DNA of 47,957 nt, taken from positions 1 to 47,957 of IMG/VR virus record IMGVR_UViG_3300011102_000151; one strand, 5' to 3'. This DNA comes from a virus (taxonomy: Duplodnaviria > Caudoviricetes). The notes under the pieces are model-generated. The model was not told the origin of the DNA, searched no databases, and worked only from the letters and a program-made list of their open reading frames with translations. Position numbers and translations under genes: made by a program. Positions 46,545-47,957 of this stretch are shown here, one piece after another. The number at the start of each line of letters is the position of its first letter. Position 1 is the first letter of the stretch.

Positions 46545-47249
46545 TCACGCCCCGCCGGCGATGGAATTGGAGCGTCCGGGTCGGTGCTGCCCCGCCGCCG
46601 CGCCGGTGGACCCGGCCGCTGCCTGCTTCGGACGCTTGGGGTACTGCTTCCGCAGTGGTTCAACCTGCGCGCGGGTGTCGTCGTCCAGCGGCATCAGGTA
46701 CTTGTGTTTTGCCGCGTCGAATACTCGTTCGGCCTTCGGGTCGACGTGCTGCCGAATGTAGTTCAGCCCTTGATGGCCGTATTTCGCATAGACGCTGCGG
46801 CGGTGGACGACTTCGCCGTGGATACGCAGCGAACAATCCACCTTCGTGGTGCCGACGTATATCCAGTTTCCGGCCTGATAAATCCCGCCGTGGTGGCCCT
46901 GTTCTCGGTCGGCGTAGGACACGATCAGCCGCAGGCCCGGCGACTGCCGGCGCAGGAACCGGATAGCGATCGCCACGATGCGCGAAACCGGCGTCACGTG
47001 GTCGCGCAGCGCAACCCGGGTCAGTTCGCACACTTCGGTCTGCTGCAGGTTGTACGGTGACCCGATCTGCGGCGTGGCGCCGCGGGAGAAGATCACCACG
47101 CCGATAAACCGATCGCCCTCCCATGCGCCGACTTTCACGGTCTTTCCGGCCGGCATGCAGCCGCTGTAGTGCCAGCGCTTGCAGGCGTGCTCGGCGGCTT
47201 CGTGCGTCGCCCAGTCGATGCGCAGATCAGGGCGCGAAGTGGTGGCCAC
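46545..47249 (-). CDS. Mom-family DNA adenine modification protein
   Basis: HYS, G...F, ELTR, SYAD..QGH.G.IYQA.NW.Y.G. Confidence 0.82.
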   Translation of the reverse strand: MATTSRPDLRIDWATHEAAEHACKRWHYSGCMPAGKTVKVGAWEGDRFIGVVIFSRGATPQIGSPYNLQQTEVCELTRVALRDHVTPVSRIVAIAIRFLRRQSPGLRLIVSYADREQGHHGGIYQAGNWIYVGTTKVDCSLRIHGEVVHRRSVYAKYGHQGLNYIRQHVDPKAERVFDAAKHKYLMPLDDDTRAQVEPLRKQYPKRPKQAAAGSTGAAAGQHRPGRSNSIAGGA

Positions 47250-47733
47250 AGTTCGGACACTCCACCTGTTTTTTTTCGTCCAGTCGGCCCTGCTGCTGTT
47301 CGCCGGCGGGCTGGAAGTCGGGTTCTTCGCCGACCACCAGTTCGGCCAGTTCGTCGTCGTCGAAGCCGATCACCGACAGGTCGAACCCTTCGGTGGCCAG
47401 GTCGGTCAGTTCTTCGGACAGCAGTTCGAAGTCCCAGCCGGCCGACAGCGCCAGCCGGTTGTCCGCCAGGACGTAGGCACGGCGCTGCGCATCGGTCAGG
47501 TGGCCGAGCGGGATCACCGGCACGTCGGCCAGTTCCAGAAGGTCGGCGGCATCCAGGCGGCCATGGCCGGCGATGATTACTTCGGTGGTTTCGTCCACCA
47601 GTATCGGGTTCAGAAATCCGAATTCGGTGATGCTGGCGGCGATCTGCTTCACCTGATCGGCGCTGTGCGTGCGTGCATTGCGCGCAAAGCGTTTCAGGCG
47701 TTCACGCGGCCACAGTTCGATGCGGTCCGCCAT
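47227..47733 (-). CDS. ParB/Srx N-terminal domain protein
   Basis: NARTHS..Q..QIAASI.EFGF.NPIL, IAGHGR, ADNR; C-terminal CPNC; start inferred. Confidence 0.88.
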   Translation of the reverse strand: MADRIELWPRERLKRFARNARTHSADQVKQIAASITEFGFLNPILVDETTEVIIAGHGRLDAADLLELADVPVIPLGHLTDAQRRAYVLADNRLALSAGWDFELLSEELTDLATEGFDLSVIGFDDDELAELVVGEEPDFQPAGEQQQGRLDEKKQVECPNCGHHFAP

Positions 47734-47782
47734 TGCTGTGATCGTTGCCAATTCTCGCGTCCGGCAGCAGTTGTCAACCGTG

Positions 47783-47858
47783 ATTCTACCAGTTGCCAAG
47801 TATTGCGCAAATAAGCGCGGCCGGTTTTATTACTTTTCCCCTGTGCATCATTGCGCAA
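47783..47858 (-). promoter_or_regulatory. Putative promoter of packaging operon with two TTGCGCAA boxes
   Basis: TTGCGC-16-TAGAAT; boxes at 47803-47810 and 47851-47858. Confidence 0.65.
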
Positions 47859-47957
47859 TATCGGTTTTACCGAATGATCATCCGTAATCGTCCTGCGCGG
47901 CCGATATCAACCCCAAAAAAACCCTGGCGCTAGATGCGGAACGCGGTTCGAATCACC

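Larger units (their letters stand above)
1..47957. mobile_element. Temperate myovirus-like bacteriophage genome (lambda-type head, Mu-type tail), non-integrated form
   Basis: Full set of packaging, head, contractile tail, lysis, integration, recombination and replication genes; intact attP in the middle; no host genes. Confidence 0.95.

Noticed and set aside
47227-47733. Plasmid-prophage partition system
   Set aside because: ParB N-terminal domain only, no ParA or protelomerase; int and attP indicate integration
1-47957. Frequent CGATCG/GATC words as a special repeat
   Set aside because: Explained by ATC/GAT codon usage in GC-rich genes; enrichment cannot be shown without counting

Overview
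The window looks like an essentially complete, GC-rich temperate tailed phage genome (~48 kb, myovirus type) in its non-integrated form, apparently opened near the packaging site. No host genes are visible. Reading the minus strand from the right end: ParB-like + Mom-like DNA-modification genes, lambda-type terminase/portal, fused protease-capsid, Mu-type contractile tail and baseplate, tail fibres, and a holin/endolysin/Rz-Rz1 lysis cassette. The middle holds a structured non-coding region (25.1-25.5 kb), an attP core matching the 3' half of tRNA-Phe, an acyltransferase-3 gene, a tyrosine integrase, and a separate five-gene module whose proteins share a ~22-aa repeat. The left half has a divergent control region (12.4-12.65 kb), a rightward recombination operon, a leftward replication operon (helicase, VRR-NUC, cupin, adenine methylase, primase-helicase), small accessory genes and an iteron/IHF-rich putative origin. 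Most notable: ssrA-tag-like ANDN motifs in tails/linkers of several proteins, a cluster of tRNA-like/pseudoknotted RNAs, the repeat-sharing fibre-like module, and a genome-wide TTGCGCAA palindrome at promoters and attP with no recognisable CI repressor. All calls come from motif recognition by eye; no searches were run.
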